Shown: piece by piece, positions 14,306 through 24,538 of the stretch | Layout: the number at the start of each line of letters is the position of its first letter | How positions within the stretch are numbered: the stretch's first letter is position 1 | DNA from: a virus | Taxonomy: Duplodnaviria > Caudoviricetes | Virus record (IMG/VR): IMGVR_UViG_3300018072_000002 | Location: 1 to 39,351 of that record | Length of the DNA stretch: 39,351 nucleotides | Strand: one strand, 5' to 3' | Notes under the pieces: model-generated | What the model was told of the DNA's origin: nothing | Database searches by the model: none | What the model saw: only the letters and a program-made list of their open reading frames with translations | Made by a program: the position numbers and the translations under genes

Positions 14306-16999
14306 CTATCCTATCTGCTTTATATTTCCCTCAATGTTATATGTTACTGTCGTGTATGTCCCAGCCGCTTGAGTTCGGAGCGTGATTGCAGTGCTTGCTT
14401 TGCATCTAATATGTATAGGCACTCCTTCATAAGGCACAGCGCCGCCCGCATTCGTCAAAGCCGCATTACTAATCACTCCAGCCAGTGTCGTGAAGTTAAG
14501 AGTTATTACTCTCGCTGTGTTCCCCTCATCAGTATAGGCGCACTCGCAAGTAAAGCTAAATAAAGTTGAAGTTGTTATAAGAACATTCATAGATACTTCA
14601 TAAGAAGCGTCTGTCGCACCAAGCGTATAGGTTGCCACACTAGCATTAGCCGCAATCTGTGCTGTGGCTCGTCCCGTGCTACCAGCTACCAATATTCGTC
14701 TTATTGTATTCGTTGTCGTAGTTACATAATATGCGTCAGTTAGATATTCCACTGCTCCAGCTTCGGCGGCAGTCAGGAGCGCGCCTGAAGTGAATTTGAG
14801 TGGTGCGGTATTTACAGCGGCAGTTCCAGCGGCTAGATGTAATTTTGCCGTAGGCGCGATAGGCGTAGTCGTTCCGCCAGTGATAGACACGCTTCCCGTT
14901 GAGCTTACAAACATCACTCCGCCTGCGGTCGTAAGCGCTAGTCCTTTGCTGGCAGTATTCGTTTGAATGTCAAAATAAGTAGACCTAGAAGTCATAAACA
15001 GCGTGGTTGAGCCGCCAGTCATCTTGAAAGCGGTAATGGCGTCCGTTACGTTGGTTAGTTCCAAATTGAAATTAGAACCATTGCCTTGTATGGTTACCCT
15101 GCCAGTTCCCGTCCCTCCGATACCCACATTCTGACTAGCATCAATCGTGAATGCTTCCACAGCATTACCTGACATCAAACTAACTGTGCCGCCCACTTTG
15201 CGCGTGCCTATCTGATATAGATTGGTGCTGTAGCGCCAAGTGATTTCAGCGCCGCGATTGCTCGTAGGACTGCCGAAAAAGATACTTGACGCTGAAGCAT
15301 CTGGCACTAGAATGGAGAGACCATTGGAAGAGTCAGCTTCAAAAACCCCAAGATTTCCATTCGCATTTGCCGTTACTGTCCCTGCGCTTGCGTTCATAAC
15401 GTGCAGGTTGCCATCTGGTGTCGTTCCTACTGTTCCTATCCCCACCTTACCCAAAGAAGTTACACGCAACCTCTCCGTTGCCGCGCCAACACCCACGCCT
15501 AGAGTATTTATGATAAAATCTCCACTTTCAGTTCCAGCAGTTTTATCCGTAAAAACAGTTGCTATGCTTGCAAAAATCTTTTTTGTTCCGATGCTGTTAT
15601 TAGAACGGAATGAGATGCTTCCAAAGTTCCCCGCATTAATACTCGGAGTATAAAGGTCTATTACTGCCCCATCTCCCGTAAAGGTTGAATCAAAACTTGC
15701 GACAGTTGTGTCGCTTACCACATTAAGTTTGAGATAGGGACTGGTCGTCCCGATACCGACATTCCCAGCAGTAGTAAGTGTTAAAATATCACTAAAACCA
15801 GAGACATTAGACGTGGCAATCCTTATATCTCCCCTGTTAGAATTTACCGCAACCCCATAAATTCTTCCAATTCTGTTTAAGTTGCCAAAATAGAAATCAA
15901 TAGCAGGGCCATCTCCTACACTAGCGCCGACTGTGCTTAATCTTAAACCAGGAACAGTGCCTGCTCCGCTCCCACCTCTTTCCAGCGATAACAAAGTGGT
16001 AGGAGCACTTGTTCCTATTCCCACATCGCCGTTGTCGAATATAACTTGCACGTTACCAGCACTATCATGAAAACTTGTTACGCCGGAGGCATTAATTAAA
16101 ATTTGTCCAAATGTACTATTGGGTTCTTTGGGTCTTATCCAAGTGCCCACCGGACCACCCGCGCCTGCCAATCCCTCATTGTCGCTAGTCATTATAAAAT
16201 AACCGCCACTTTGGATATTTCCGGCCACATCCAACTTTTCTCCAGGCGTATTTGTACCTATTCCCAGTCTGTTATTTGTGTTATCCCAGAAGAAATTAGC
16301 GTTATCTTGCGCTATTATGCCTGTAGGATTGACGAATAAGACAGAGCCAGCCGTTCCGCCCGTGATTGTGCCTCCAATAGCTCCTACATTGGCAGTGGCG
16401 TTATCTGCTTGCTGTTGCAGATTGCTTACTTTACTGATTAGAAATTGAGAACGCTGGTCTAGTATGCCGATAGCTCTATCTAAAACAGTCTGGGTTAAGA
16501 GTTTGCCTCCATTCTCTATCTGTTTTAATTCTATTTTAGTATCATCTGTTTTGCCTTCGTTGATTTTGAAAACAATTTCTGGTCTGCCGTCCAAAATAGT
16601 TTCTTTGTATTTTGGAAGTTCTATTTGAGCTAAAACCTTTTCAACAATGATTTCTTCATCCGCATCCTTGCCGTCTTTAGGCTTTTTTTTCTCTACTTCT
16701 TTTAATAGAGATTTTACTTCATTTAGTTTGACGGAAAATTCGGTAATTACTTCCTTTTTTATTTTAGAAGTTCTGCCATCAATAGCAGAAAGCAATTTAT
16801 TATTTTCCTGTATTGATTTCTGAAGTAAATCATTGACCACCCCTTTTGTTTCAGAGTTCAAAACTACATTTTCTTTGCGATTATTTGCCAAAATGCCAAT
16901 AATGCCTTTTAAGACTTCGGCAATGTCATCTACTGTTACCAGTTTATCGGCATTGAAGATTCTTGATAGTTTTTTTAGTTGTTCGTGATTATTGTCCAT
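14306..16999 (-). CDS. Tail fibre / receptor-binding protein
   Basis: Charged N-terminal ~200 aa, repeated G[ND]VGIGTxxP fibre motifs, Gly/Thr/Ala-rich shaft, no S74 chaperone at the C-terminus. Confidence 0.85.
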   Translation of the reverse strand: MDNNHEQLKKLSRIFNADKLVTVDDIAEVLKGIIGILANNRKENVVLNSETKGVVNDLLQKSIQENNKLLSAIDGRTSKIKKEVITEFSVKLNEVKSLLKEVEKKKPKDGKDADEEIIVEKVLAQIELPKYKETILDGRPEIVFKINEGKTDDTKIELKQIENGGKLLTQTVLDRAIGILDQRSQFLISKVSNLQQQADNATANVGAIGGTITGGTAGSVLFVNPTGIIAQDNANFFWDNTNNRLGIGTNTPGEKLDVAGNIQSGGYFIMTSDNEGLAGAGGPVGTWIRPKEPNSTFGQILINASGVTSFHDSAGNVQVIFDNGDVGIGTSAPTTLLSLERGGSGAGTVPGLRLSTVGASVGDGPAIDFYFGNLNRIGRIYGVAVNSNRGDIRIATSNVSGFSDILTLTTAGNVGIGTTSPYLKLNVVSDTTVASFDSTFTGDGAVIDLYTPSINAGNFGSISFRSNNSIGTKKIFASIATVFTDKTAGTESGDFIINTLGVGVGAATERLRVTSLGKVGIGTVGTTPDGNLHVMNASAGTVTANANGNLGVFEADSSNGLSILVPDASASSIFFGSPTSNRGAEITWRYSTNLYQIGTRKVGGTVSLMSGNAVEAFTIDASQNVGIGGTGTGRVTIQGNGSNFNLELTNVTDAITAFKMTGGSTTLFMTSRSTYFDIQTNTASKGLALTTAGGVMFVSSTGSVSITGGTTTPIAPTAKLHLAAGTAAVNTAPLKFTSGALLTAAEAGAVEYLTDAYYVTTTTNTIRRILVAGSTGRATAQIAANASVATYTLGATDASYEVSMNVLITTSTLFSFTCECAYTDEGNTARVITLNFTTLAGVISNAALTNAGGAVPYEGVPIHIRCKASTAITLRTQAAGTYTTVTYNIEGNIKQIG

Positions 17000-17028
17000 A
17001 ACATTTGACTTTAATGATGTTGCGTTGT

Positions 17029-18708
17029 TTATCTCTTGACATTTTTCTTTGAGGGTGCTATACTCTCGGATATGATATTATTTTTAGTTTTATTGGTAGT
17101 GATATTTGCCTTCACATTGCGTGGCGTGGTTGAAGACCGTGTTGAGGGAGGCTTTTTGGGCGATTCTGAAGATTGAAGAATCTTTAGCATTTCAGGGTCT
17201 GTTTTTGCCTTAAAAGCCCTTTCTACGATGTCTAGGTTCTTCCTTAATGCCAATTCAACATCTAAAGCGTTCATTACCTTATAACCCGCTCCACGAGGCA
17301 ATAAACCCCCTACAAAGCCCCTAATTGACCCACCAGTGAGCATATCTCCATATTTAGCTAAAAGATAACCTGCTTTTTCTATCAAACCTCTCTCGTTTAT
17401 CTTTTGTTTTAATTTATTTACTGCTTCCACATTTGCATCTATCAGTTTTTGAGTATCATATAAATCAGAGAGTTTTTTATCTAGGGCTTTTGCTTCTGTT
17501 CCGCCTAGTCCCTCTCGCGCGACAAGTTTTAAACCAGAGCGAGTATTTTCAAATGCCTGCGCATTTACACTCGTAAGTGGGTCGCCCATTTTATTAAATG
17601 CTTTAGAGCCAAATTCTATCCCATACTGTCTTGAAATATTATTGACTTCATATCTGTTTAATCCTTCCTTTTTAGCTTTAGCAAGTATTTCTTTCGTATT
17701 GCCTTCAGAAACTTTGTCGCCAATTTTTCTATGTAGTTCTGCTAAATCAGTTAGAGCTTTAGTAACATAATCGGTAGATACTATTCTTCCACCAGCAGTT
17801 TGTCTTTTAATTGCTAAATCTTTTAGTTTATAGATTCCAGTGTCTTTTAATAATTCAGCATCTACTCGTCTTGCGTATTCAGGAATACTTGCTTTTATTC
17901 TTCCTTGTAAGTCTTTGAATGTTTCTACGCCAGAAGTATCAATAGATTCCAAAGCATTTTGCACTGGTTTAATATCTTCAACTTTTCCTTGTGAGATTTG
18001 TCCTAATGCTTGTTCAGGAGTTTTTTTAGGTTCAATTAAATCTTTGGCTTTGGATAAGTCAGGCATTGCAGGCATTGTCGGAGTGATTTTATCTATTCCA
18101 GATTTTATTTGTTCAATAGTTCGTGAAACCACTGTTTTAGGGTCTATTGCACCCTTTTCCATAGCACCAAGAGCTAAATTTAATCCTCTGCCGAAATCTT
18201 CTCCAGCGTTGGGATGCTCCATTGCAAATTGTTGGAATTCTGGTATATCGGACAATCCGCTTCCTGTAATAGTCTTAATAACATTGTCATATTTAGAACC
18301 GATATAATCGGTTACTTTATTGAATCCTGTTGCTCCAATCAAAGCGCCAATAGGAGCAAAGACAGTTCCAGCCACATCACCTGCTGTGCGAAATCCAGTT
18401 TTAGCTACGCCTTTTAAGAAATTACCTTTCTGTATATCCTTTGCTCCTGCTTGAATATCTTGTCCTAATTTTGATGCAATCCCTTGCCCCCCGCCACCAT
18501 ACAAAGCGCCTAATCCCGATAGACTTTCTTTAGCAGACCCAAATAAATCAAACTTTGGTTTAGGTTGCAAAGATGCTCTAACAGCATTACTATCTACTCC
18601 TTCAATGTCAAAACCTTGAACAATAAGCTCGTCCAAGAGCTTGGTTTTATCCGAGCCGAGCGGAGCGTTTTTTAATATCGTATCTATTTGTGGTTTTGTT
18701 AATTGCAT
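17029..18708 (-). CDS. Putative DNA ejection (internal virion) protein
   Basis: Large helical Gly/Ala/Lys-rich protein after the nozzle, podovirus synteny. Confidence 0.65.
   Translation of the reverse strand: MQLTKPQIDTILKNAPLGSDKTKLLDELIVQGFDIEGVDSNAVRASLQPKPKFDLFGSAKESLSGLGALYGGGGQGIASKLGQDIQAGAKDIQKGNFLKGVAKTGFRTAGDVAGTVFAPIGALIGATGFNKVTDYIGSKYDNVIKTITGSGLSDIPEFQQFAMEHPNAGEDFGRGLNLALGAMEKGAIDPKTVVSRTIEQIKSGIDKITPTMPAMPDLSKAKDLIEPKKTPEQALGQISQGKVEDIKPVQNALESIDTSGVETFKDLQGRIKASIPEYARRVDAELLKDTGIYKLKDLAIKRQTAGGRIVSTDYVTKALTDLAELHRKIGDKVSEGNTKEILAKAKKEGLNRYEVNNISRQYGIEFGSKAFNKMGDPLTSVNAQAFENTRSGLKLVAREGLGGTEAKALDKKLSDLYDTQKLIDANVEAVNKLKQKINERGLIEKAGYLLAKYGDMLTGGSIRGFVGGLLPRGAGYKVMNALDVELALRKNLDIVERAFKAKTDPEMLKILQSSESPKKPPSTRSSTTPRNVKANITTNKTKNNIISESIAPSKKNVKR
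17036..17064 (+). promoter_or_regulatory. Near-consensus antisense promoter
   Basis: TTGACA (17036-17041), 17 nt, TATACT (17059-17064), with extended TG. Confidence 0.75.
17072..17176 (+). CDS. Antisense 34-aa single-pass membrane peptide
   Basis: MILFLVLLVVIFAFTLRGVVEDRVEGGFLGDSED*; ATG 7 nt after the -10 box. Confidence 0.6.
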   Translation: MILFLVLLVVIFAFTLRGVVEDRVEGGFLGDSED

Positions 18709-18709
18709 A

Positions 18710-20320
18710 TTAGTTTATTTCATAACCTGCTTTTAAGTATTGCGACTGTGAAGAATTTAACGCATCTTTTATAGAATCTATATACGTTTTTTCTTGTCCG
18801 ATTATTGGCTCAAATAAATCCACTTTAGTTGGTTTAAAATCAATACCTTCCGAAAGAAGTTTTGCTCTTGTCTGGTCAAGCATAAAGTTAGTCAAAGCAT
18901 TAAGTTTTACTTTCACATTGTCATCTGTATCGGTAACATTCGGGGTCATTTTATCTACTAACTCTAACTGCTGTGCTGTCAGTGTTGCGCCTGAAGCCCA
19001 ATAACCTGTCTGTAATTTTATCCCATTGATATATGTTTCATTCTGTAAAGTTTTATTTTGTTTAAGCGCTTGTCTAAATGGGATTCCGACATCTGTAAAA
19101 GGAATCTTGACATTTAAGAGAGCACTGAAAGGATTGATGCCAGTAAAACTTCCTTCGGGATTATCTTCTGCCAAACTTTTAGTGGAACTCATTACTCCTA
19201 AAACATATCCTATTTGAGTTTTATTAGTTGCACTTATTTTATTACTGCTTGTCAGTTTCTCCAAAACAAGATTATTTTTATCGGCAGAAGAAAGAGAGGG
19301 ATTATCCAATATGGTGGAAACATCAATCGGTTGTCCACTGCCAATTTCTATATTTAATTTTGCCAGATTAGCCTGCTTAATTTGCCTATCCAGTGGGTCA
19401 GTCAAGTATTTTCCGCCTACCTCCAGAGCTTTGGAGAGCGCATCGGGTTTGCTGGTATCAATAGCATTTAACTGTTTCATTAAGTCGCTACTTTTCGTTC
19501 CTGCGTATTGAGCAATACCCATTTTTATATTACTGATAGCCGTTTCTGTTTTTATCCTTTCATCATAAGCTCTTTCATCATTTCTGATTTTCTCTGCGTA
19601 AGCCCTATCCTCTGTCTTATTAAACATTTCTTTGTTTTCCTCATAAACAAATTTAAGAGCATCCAGTTTGATACGACTTGCTTCCAGTTTATTTTTTAAT
19701 TGTCTATCCGCAATATCTGCCGCTCCTTGATAATCATTGTCCGCTACATATTTTAGAATAGCCAAATCTGCCTGATGATTGGAACTTTCATTTTGAATAC
19801 GCCCTATTTCTTGTTGCGCTCCTGCCGGTGAACCTATAAAGTTCTTTCTAACATTTTCAATTCTATCTCTGGTAGCTTTAGCATCTGCCATTATTTGCGC
19901 ATTTAATTTGTCAGATGTCTTTTTAGCCGCATCTTGCGCCGTGTAATCAATACTACTAGGTATATTTTCTGAATCTGTCAGAGCTTTTAAATAATCTAAC
20001 CCAGAAGTATCTTTTTCCTTTTTACTTTCCGTTATCGCTTTATCGCTTGCAGTCTGCGAAGCACTAGCCATATTTTCCACATAAGAACTTAACCCCGCGC
20101 CAGTTGTATCGGTGCTCGCAGGTGGCAAGATTAAGCGTTGTGTGGAATTGGACAAAGTATCAGAAGGAATTATATTAGTAGGCGGGTTAGAAGTTAAATC
20201 GGTTGTCTGCCCTTCACGCAATTTAGCTCCAGTTTGAGTATCATAATTAACAATCCCGAGAGATTCTCCCGTATCTTGACTGTATAATGTATCTCCTTTT
20301 TTAAATGTGTTGGTTGGCAT
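18710..20320 (-). CDS. Putative DNA ejection (internal virion) protein
   Basis: Coiled-coil-rich 536-aa protein, podovirus synteny. Confidence 0.65.
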   Translation of the reverse strand: MPTNTFKKGDTLYSQDTGESLGIVNYDTQTGAKLREGQTTDLTSNPPTNIIPSDTLSNSTQRLILPPASTDTTGAGLSSYVENMASASQTASDKAITESKKEKDTSGLDYLKALTDSENIPSSIDYTAQDAAKKTSDKLNAQIMADAKATRDRIENVRKNFIGSPAGAQQEIGRIQNESSNHQADLAILKYVADNDYQGAADIADRQLKNKLEASRIKLDALKFVYEENKEMFNKTEDRAYAEKIRNDERAYDERIKTETAISNIKMGIAQYAGTKSSDLMKQLNAIDTSKPDALSKALEVGGKYLTDPLDRQIKQANLAKLNIEIGSGQPIDVSTILDNPSLSSADKNNLVLEKLTSSNKISATNKTQIGYVLGVMSSTKSLAEDNPEGSFTGINPFSALLNVKIPFTDVGIPFRQALKQNKTLQNETYINGIKLQTGYWASGATLTAQQLELVDKMTPNVTDTDDNVKVKLNALTNFMLDQTRAKLLSEGIDFKPTKVDLFEPIIGQEKTYIDSIKDALNSSQSQYLKAGYEIN

Positions 20321-20340
20321 TTTATTTATTGTAACATTTA

Positions 20341-22431
20341 TTAAGCAATCGCTTTTAAGTCATCATTAGAAACTAAAATTATTTTATGCAATTCATCATC
20401 CCCCGTAAATTCCATGCAACATTTTATCTGTATTCGCGTATTCGGCAGAGTTATCGGGAAACTTCCGTAAGAAAGAACTTGACCTGAAATCTCTCCTAAC
20501 TTTATCCACTTTTGGAATCTAGCTTTAGCCGTTCCACTTACGCCAGTTACCGCAGTATCTAGCGTTACTGTGTAGTTAGGAGAGGAAAATGTTACTGTGG
20601 TAATTTGATTGCAACTCCCACTTCCCGCGCCTTGCAAGATTTCCACTTCGTAGCCTGCATAGGCAGACACATCGGTAGTTGTAGTGAATGTGGTCGTGGA
20701 AGTCCAAGTAATTGTGGCTTCAATCGGGGCTTCTTCATCTAATCTATATTTTAGAATTATCTTGTCTGCCGAATTTAAAAATCTTCTAAATGTCGCCCAA
20801 AGTCTTGTCCAGTTATCGGTAATTTCATTTGATTCAAACCATGTAGTTACGAAATATCCTTTCTTTTGTCCTTCATTGTCCGTATCGGGTTTAGCGGGGC
20901 TGTCTATGAAGATAGCTGACGCTGTGGCAGAAGCATCGGTGTAATAGGACGCGCCACAAACTAGACTGCTTCGCCCTAAAGTTGAATTAAACTCGCTGGA
21001 GTTTAGGTATAAAGCTCCCGCGCCGAGTATTCTGTTCTGTCCGTAGTCCGTGATAGTCGAGCTACTTCTTTTCTTTAAAGTGAAAGCGTATTTGTGAGTT
21101 AAGTTTTTACTTTCCAAATCCAGTTCCCAAATTCCTGAAGGAAAACTCTCAATGATAGTGTTGTTAGCATCTTCTAGTAAATTATTTGCCAAAATAAGAA
21201 GCGTGTTATTTCGGGTCGCCACAAATCCGTTGGAATGCACAAACTTTCCATTAGTCGGACTTTGAATCGTGCCATCATTAAGTAATACTCTATCTATCGG
21301 AAATCTTTGAATCTCGGAAAAGGAATATCCTGTGTATTTTAAGATAACCGCATTGGAATCTACCGCATAAGGCACATTTTCATTTATAGTGATTGCAAGA
21401 CAAGCTGGTGCGTTTAGCACAAATTCCACTGTAGCGGAAGAAAATCCGTCCCATTGCATAATTGAACCTCGTAGCCCTGTGCTAGCGGTTGTGAGCACGG
21501 CGGTAGAACCTATCCAAATATAATCATTACTAGCCGCAAAGGTGTTGATTATACCGATGGAGTTCCCTAATTCGATAAAATATGAACCAGCCGAAATCAC
21601 CGCCACATCATTTTCATCTATTGAGCCAATGCTTTGACCTTGGTATTTAAAATATAATCTGTTGAACTTTTGAAAATATACCAATTTGCGATGAGTAGTT
21701 GCTCCCCCTGCATTTAGATAACTAACATGTAATATCCAATTATCATCAAATGGTCTTCTGCTATAAATTCCGACAGTAGTGGTAATCCAAAGTCTGTCAT
21801 TAAAAGTTTCCATATCTGAAAGCTCTGCAGTAAAAGAAGTTGAAAATGAACCTCCTGACACAGAGATAACCCCATTAGCTCCTTTAGTTTTATTTGCTTC
21901 AACTACTCCGCTTGCATTTGTAACTTCAAAATAATTAGCTCCGCTTCCTGTTATGGTAAATGTTCCCTCGTTACCTGAAGCCATACCAGTAATAAGAACT
22001 CGCACTATCGCCCCGATAGGAAAAGTTAAAGCGGTAATGCCAGGGTCTGTTCCCGTTCCGTCCCAAGTATAGCGATATGTAGTTCCTCCAGTTAAAGTTA
22101 CATCAAATTGCGAATCCGCCAGTCCTGAATCAAAAAAGGCGGCGGTGTCTTCGGTGAAAGCGCTAGTTAATAAATTATCTGCCGTCTTAAACATTCGTGT
22201 TCCGCATATAGCCCACCACAGCCCGAAAGCGAATCTAATAGCCACTGGTCGCCCTAAATCTGCGTCATCGGTAGAATTAGTGTTAGCCACTAATTTATTC
22301 GCCACTCTTAAAGTTCCTAGCTTGCTCTGAAAGTCAAGGTTGAATGAACTCCAAATAGAACCCAGTCGGTCAGAACGATTGGTCTGTAAGTATCGGAAGT
22401 TTTGATTTTGTGGGGGGAAATAATTTTTCAT
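20341..22431 (-). CDS. Putative tail nozzle/hub (P22 gp10-like beta-propeller)
   Basis: 696 aa, beta-rich, between adaptor and ejection genes. Confidence 0.65.
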   Translation of the reverse strand: MKNYFPPQNQNFRYLQTNRSDRLGSIWSSFNLDFQSKLGTLRVANKLVANTNSTDDADLGRPVAIRFAFGLWWAICGTRMFKTADNLLTSAFTEDTAAFFDSGLADSQFDVTLTGGTTYRYTWDGTGTDPGITALTFPIGAIVRVLITGMASGNEGTFTITGSGANYFEVTNASGVVEANKTKGANGVISVSGGSFSTSFTAELSDMETFNDRLWITTTVGIYSRRPFDDNWILHVSYLNAGGATTHRKLVYFQKFNRLYFKYQGQSIGSIDENDVAVISAGSYFIELGNSIGIINTFAASNDYIWIGSTAVLTTASTGLRGSIMQWDGFSSATVEFVLNAPACLAITINENVPYAVDSNAVILKYTGYSFSEIQRFPIDRVLLNDGTIQSPTNGKFVHSNGFVATRNNTLLILANNLLEDANNTIIESFPSGIWELDLESKNLTHKYAFTLKKRSSSTITDYGQNRILGAGALYLNSSEFNSTLGRSSLVCGASYYTDASATASAIFIDSPAKPDTDNEGQKKGYFVTTWFESNEITDNWTRLWATFRRFLNSADKIILKYRLDEEAPIEATITWTSTTTFTTTTDVSAYAGYEVEILQGAGSGSCNQITTVTFSSPNYTVTLDTAVTGVSGTAKARFQKWIKLGEISGQVLSYGSFPITLPNTRIQIKCCMEFTGDDELHKIILVSNDDLKAIA

Positions 22432-22721
22432 CCTAATTCACTAAAATTATACAAAGCAATAAACCAATTTATTCCATTACCATCGGTGATTCTTAGATAT
22501 TGAGTAGCAGGAGCTTGTGCATTTGGACTGGTGGCTACAATAAAACCTTCATTCAAATCCCAATCCCCTGGAGGTTTTCCCATTTTCCCAGTTTTTATAA
22601 ACCCCCTACCCACTAAAGCTCTAACAAAATTGTCAGGAACACCACTTGAAGTTTCTAAAGAGATAAGTTTCTTTTCTAATTCCTCAATTCTTCTGTTAAG
22701 TTGTTCATAATTTTTTTCCAT
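22428..22721 (-). CDS. Small virion-module protein with N-terminal coiled coil
   Basis: EQLNRRIEELEKKL. Confidence 0.6.
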   Translation of the reverse strand: MEKNYEQLNRRIEELEKKLISLETSSGVPDNFVRALVGRGFIKTGKMGKPPGDWDLNEGFIVATSPNAQAPATQYLRITDGNGINWFIALYNFSELG

Positions 22722-23831
22722 TTAAGTTTTAGTTAAATTAGTCCAAGCTGAAGTATTTTTAATCAAAGTTGTGAAAGTACTTACATTCTTACTTTGATTA
22801 GAAAATGAACTGGGATTTTTTGTTTGATTAGACCACCATATCCACCCACTGCCGGCTATTGCTATATTTTGGTTATTGATGCTATTTCCTCCTGCAACCC
22901 AGATGGCTCCCCCAGTAGCGATAGAGTGCTGTATATTTAGATAATCAGAATTAACTATTCCATTTGCTTTTGAAAGAGTATGCGTTCCGGTCGTGTCGCT
23001 ATCTATTATAATTAAGTTACCTGGAGTACCGACAGCCGTAAAAGTTGTTACAGTCTGAGTTGTGCCAGCAGTAAAACGTATCTTCAAACCAGGGCTCAAT
23101 TTAAAATCATTGAATGTATTTGAACCTGTGATTGTCCTATAAAATGAACTGGCATTACTAAACCAAACATTATTATATGTTTTACTTCCAAAATTGAATG
23201 TTCTATCTGCAGTCAGATTGCCTTGGATAATTAGTGTTGAAGTATCAGCATTTAGAGTCAGATTGGTTCCTGAGATTGACATGGAATTTTGACCAGTCAG
23301 TGTCCATACTCCACTTCCCATATTAATCTCCCTGACATTGGAACCAGCGGAAGATAAGCTTGAACCAGTTACATTTTTACCATTCGCATTAAATGTTCCG
23401 CCAGTTAAATTTAATCCAAGAGTAGCTAAAAAAGTCAAATCATCTGCTAATTGGGTAGTTCCTCCGATGCCTGTAAAACTTGCTTTAATCGCCTTTCCTG
23501 CTGTCGTTAAAATCGCTACGCCAGAAGTATGGCTGAAATTTAGATTCCCTGTATAGGCGAAAGTCATGGCAGAAACTAAAGTAAGAGAACCATGGATAAA
23601 CATATCACTTGAACCAGCAAAGGTTCCTGTAAATCCAGTAAAATTCATAGAAAGAACGAATGGATTTGTGGTTACAGTTATAGTATTTGCCCCGCTATTT
23701 GCATCAAAGAATACATTATCAGATATTGTTGGCACTGCTTGCCCTCCCGCGCCACCGGAAGTAGCAGCCCATTTTGTGCCTGCTGTTGTGTCCCAATTTG
23801 CGGTTCCGCCTACCCAAAATCTATTAGCCAT
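22722..23831 (-). CDS. Beta-solenoid-like spike/fibre protein with C-terminal 10-aa repeats
   Basis: MANRFWVGGTANWD...SGGAGGQAVPT..DNVFFD start; G/T/S/N-rich; [WF][ST]NQ[TS]KN repeats. Confidence 0.7.
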   Translation of the reverse strand: MANRFWVGGTANWDTTAGTKWAATSGGAGGQAVPTISDNVFFDANSGANTITVTTNPFVLSMNFTGFTGTFAGSSDMFIHGSLTLVSAMTFAYTGNLNFSHTSGVAILTTAGKAIKASFTGIGGTTQLADDLTFLATLGLNLTGGTFNANGKNVTGSSLSSAGSNVREINMGSGVWTLTGQNSMSISGTNLTLNADTSTLIIQGNLTADRTFNFGSKTYNNVWFSNASSFYRTITGSNTFNDFKLSPGLKIRFTAGTTQTVTTFTAVGTPGNLIIIDSDTTGTHTLSKANGIVNSDYLNIQHSIATGGAIWVAGGNSINNQNIAIAGSGWIWWSNQTKNPSSFSNQSKNVSTFTTLIKNTSAWTNLTKT

Positions 23832-24538
23832 TATCTTGAACTCCTATAAATTGTTCTAATCTGCATTTTTTCGTCTTTCGACCTTTTGGAATAATACTCT
23901 CCTATCGCATCTTCCATTTCCAACATCTCTGATTTCAGAACATTCACATTAGCCAGTCCGTTACGATAGGCGTATTGGTAAGAGGGACGCAGAGCCAGAT
24001 ATTCGTGGAAAATACCCGCAAAGCCAGGCTTCTTGGTGGTATCAGAAACTGTAAAATAGGTTGCTTCCCTGTTGATGTAAATTTTCAGTCCGTTAGCCAC
24101 GCTGTAATTCGGCACAGGGTCTAGGAAAATGCCATTAGCGGTCTTATCGTATCTAAAAGGTTGTCCGCCGATATTCTGTCCGCTAAAGAAACTATCCATA
24201 CCTTTACCAGATTGCACATCCACTGGATAGATTTCGTGGAATAACCCGTTGGTATCAGCGACCATCACCTTATAAATGTCCAAGATTACATTCCCCGACC
24301 CGTCTACTGTAAAAGAATAATCCCTTTGCGCGGAAGCGAGATTAGCAGTTATTATCGGATAATCAGTCTGGTTAGAATCGTCTAGTTGCCAAGTTCCGCT
24401 CGCCTGCAAAATAATAGACCACGCTCTATCCAGCGCCAAGTTTATATCTATCACTTTTTCAGCTATCGGATAACTCGTAGCGTTCGCTTTGGTGTTAGAG
24501 TTTATTAAGGAAACAATGTTTGTAAAATTTGCGCTCAT
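23831..24538 (-). CDS. Putative head-tail adaptor
   Basis: INLALD, QRDYSF, IFLDPVP, FHEYLAL pattern; synteny. Confidence 0.65.
   Translation of the reverse strand: MSANFTNIVSLINSNTKANATSYPIAEKVIDINLALDRAWSIILQASGTWQLDDSNQTDYPIITANLASAQRDYSFTVDGSGNVILDIYKVMVADTNGLFHEIYPVDVQSGKGMDSFFSGQNIGGQPFRYDKTANGIFLDPVPNYSVANGLKIYINREATYFTVSDTTKKPGFAGIFHEYLALRPSYQYAYRNGLANVNVLKSEMLEMEDAIGEYYSKRSKDEKMQIRTIYRSSR

Noticed and set aside
14306-16999. Diversity-generating retroelement target or invertible fibre cassette
   Set aside because: No reverse transcriptase, template repeat or invertase seen
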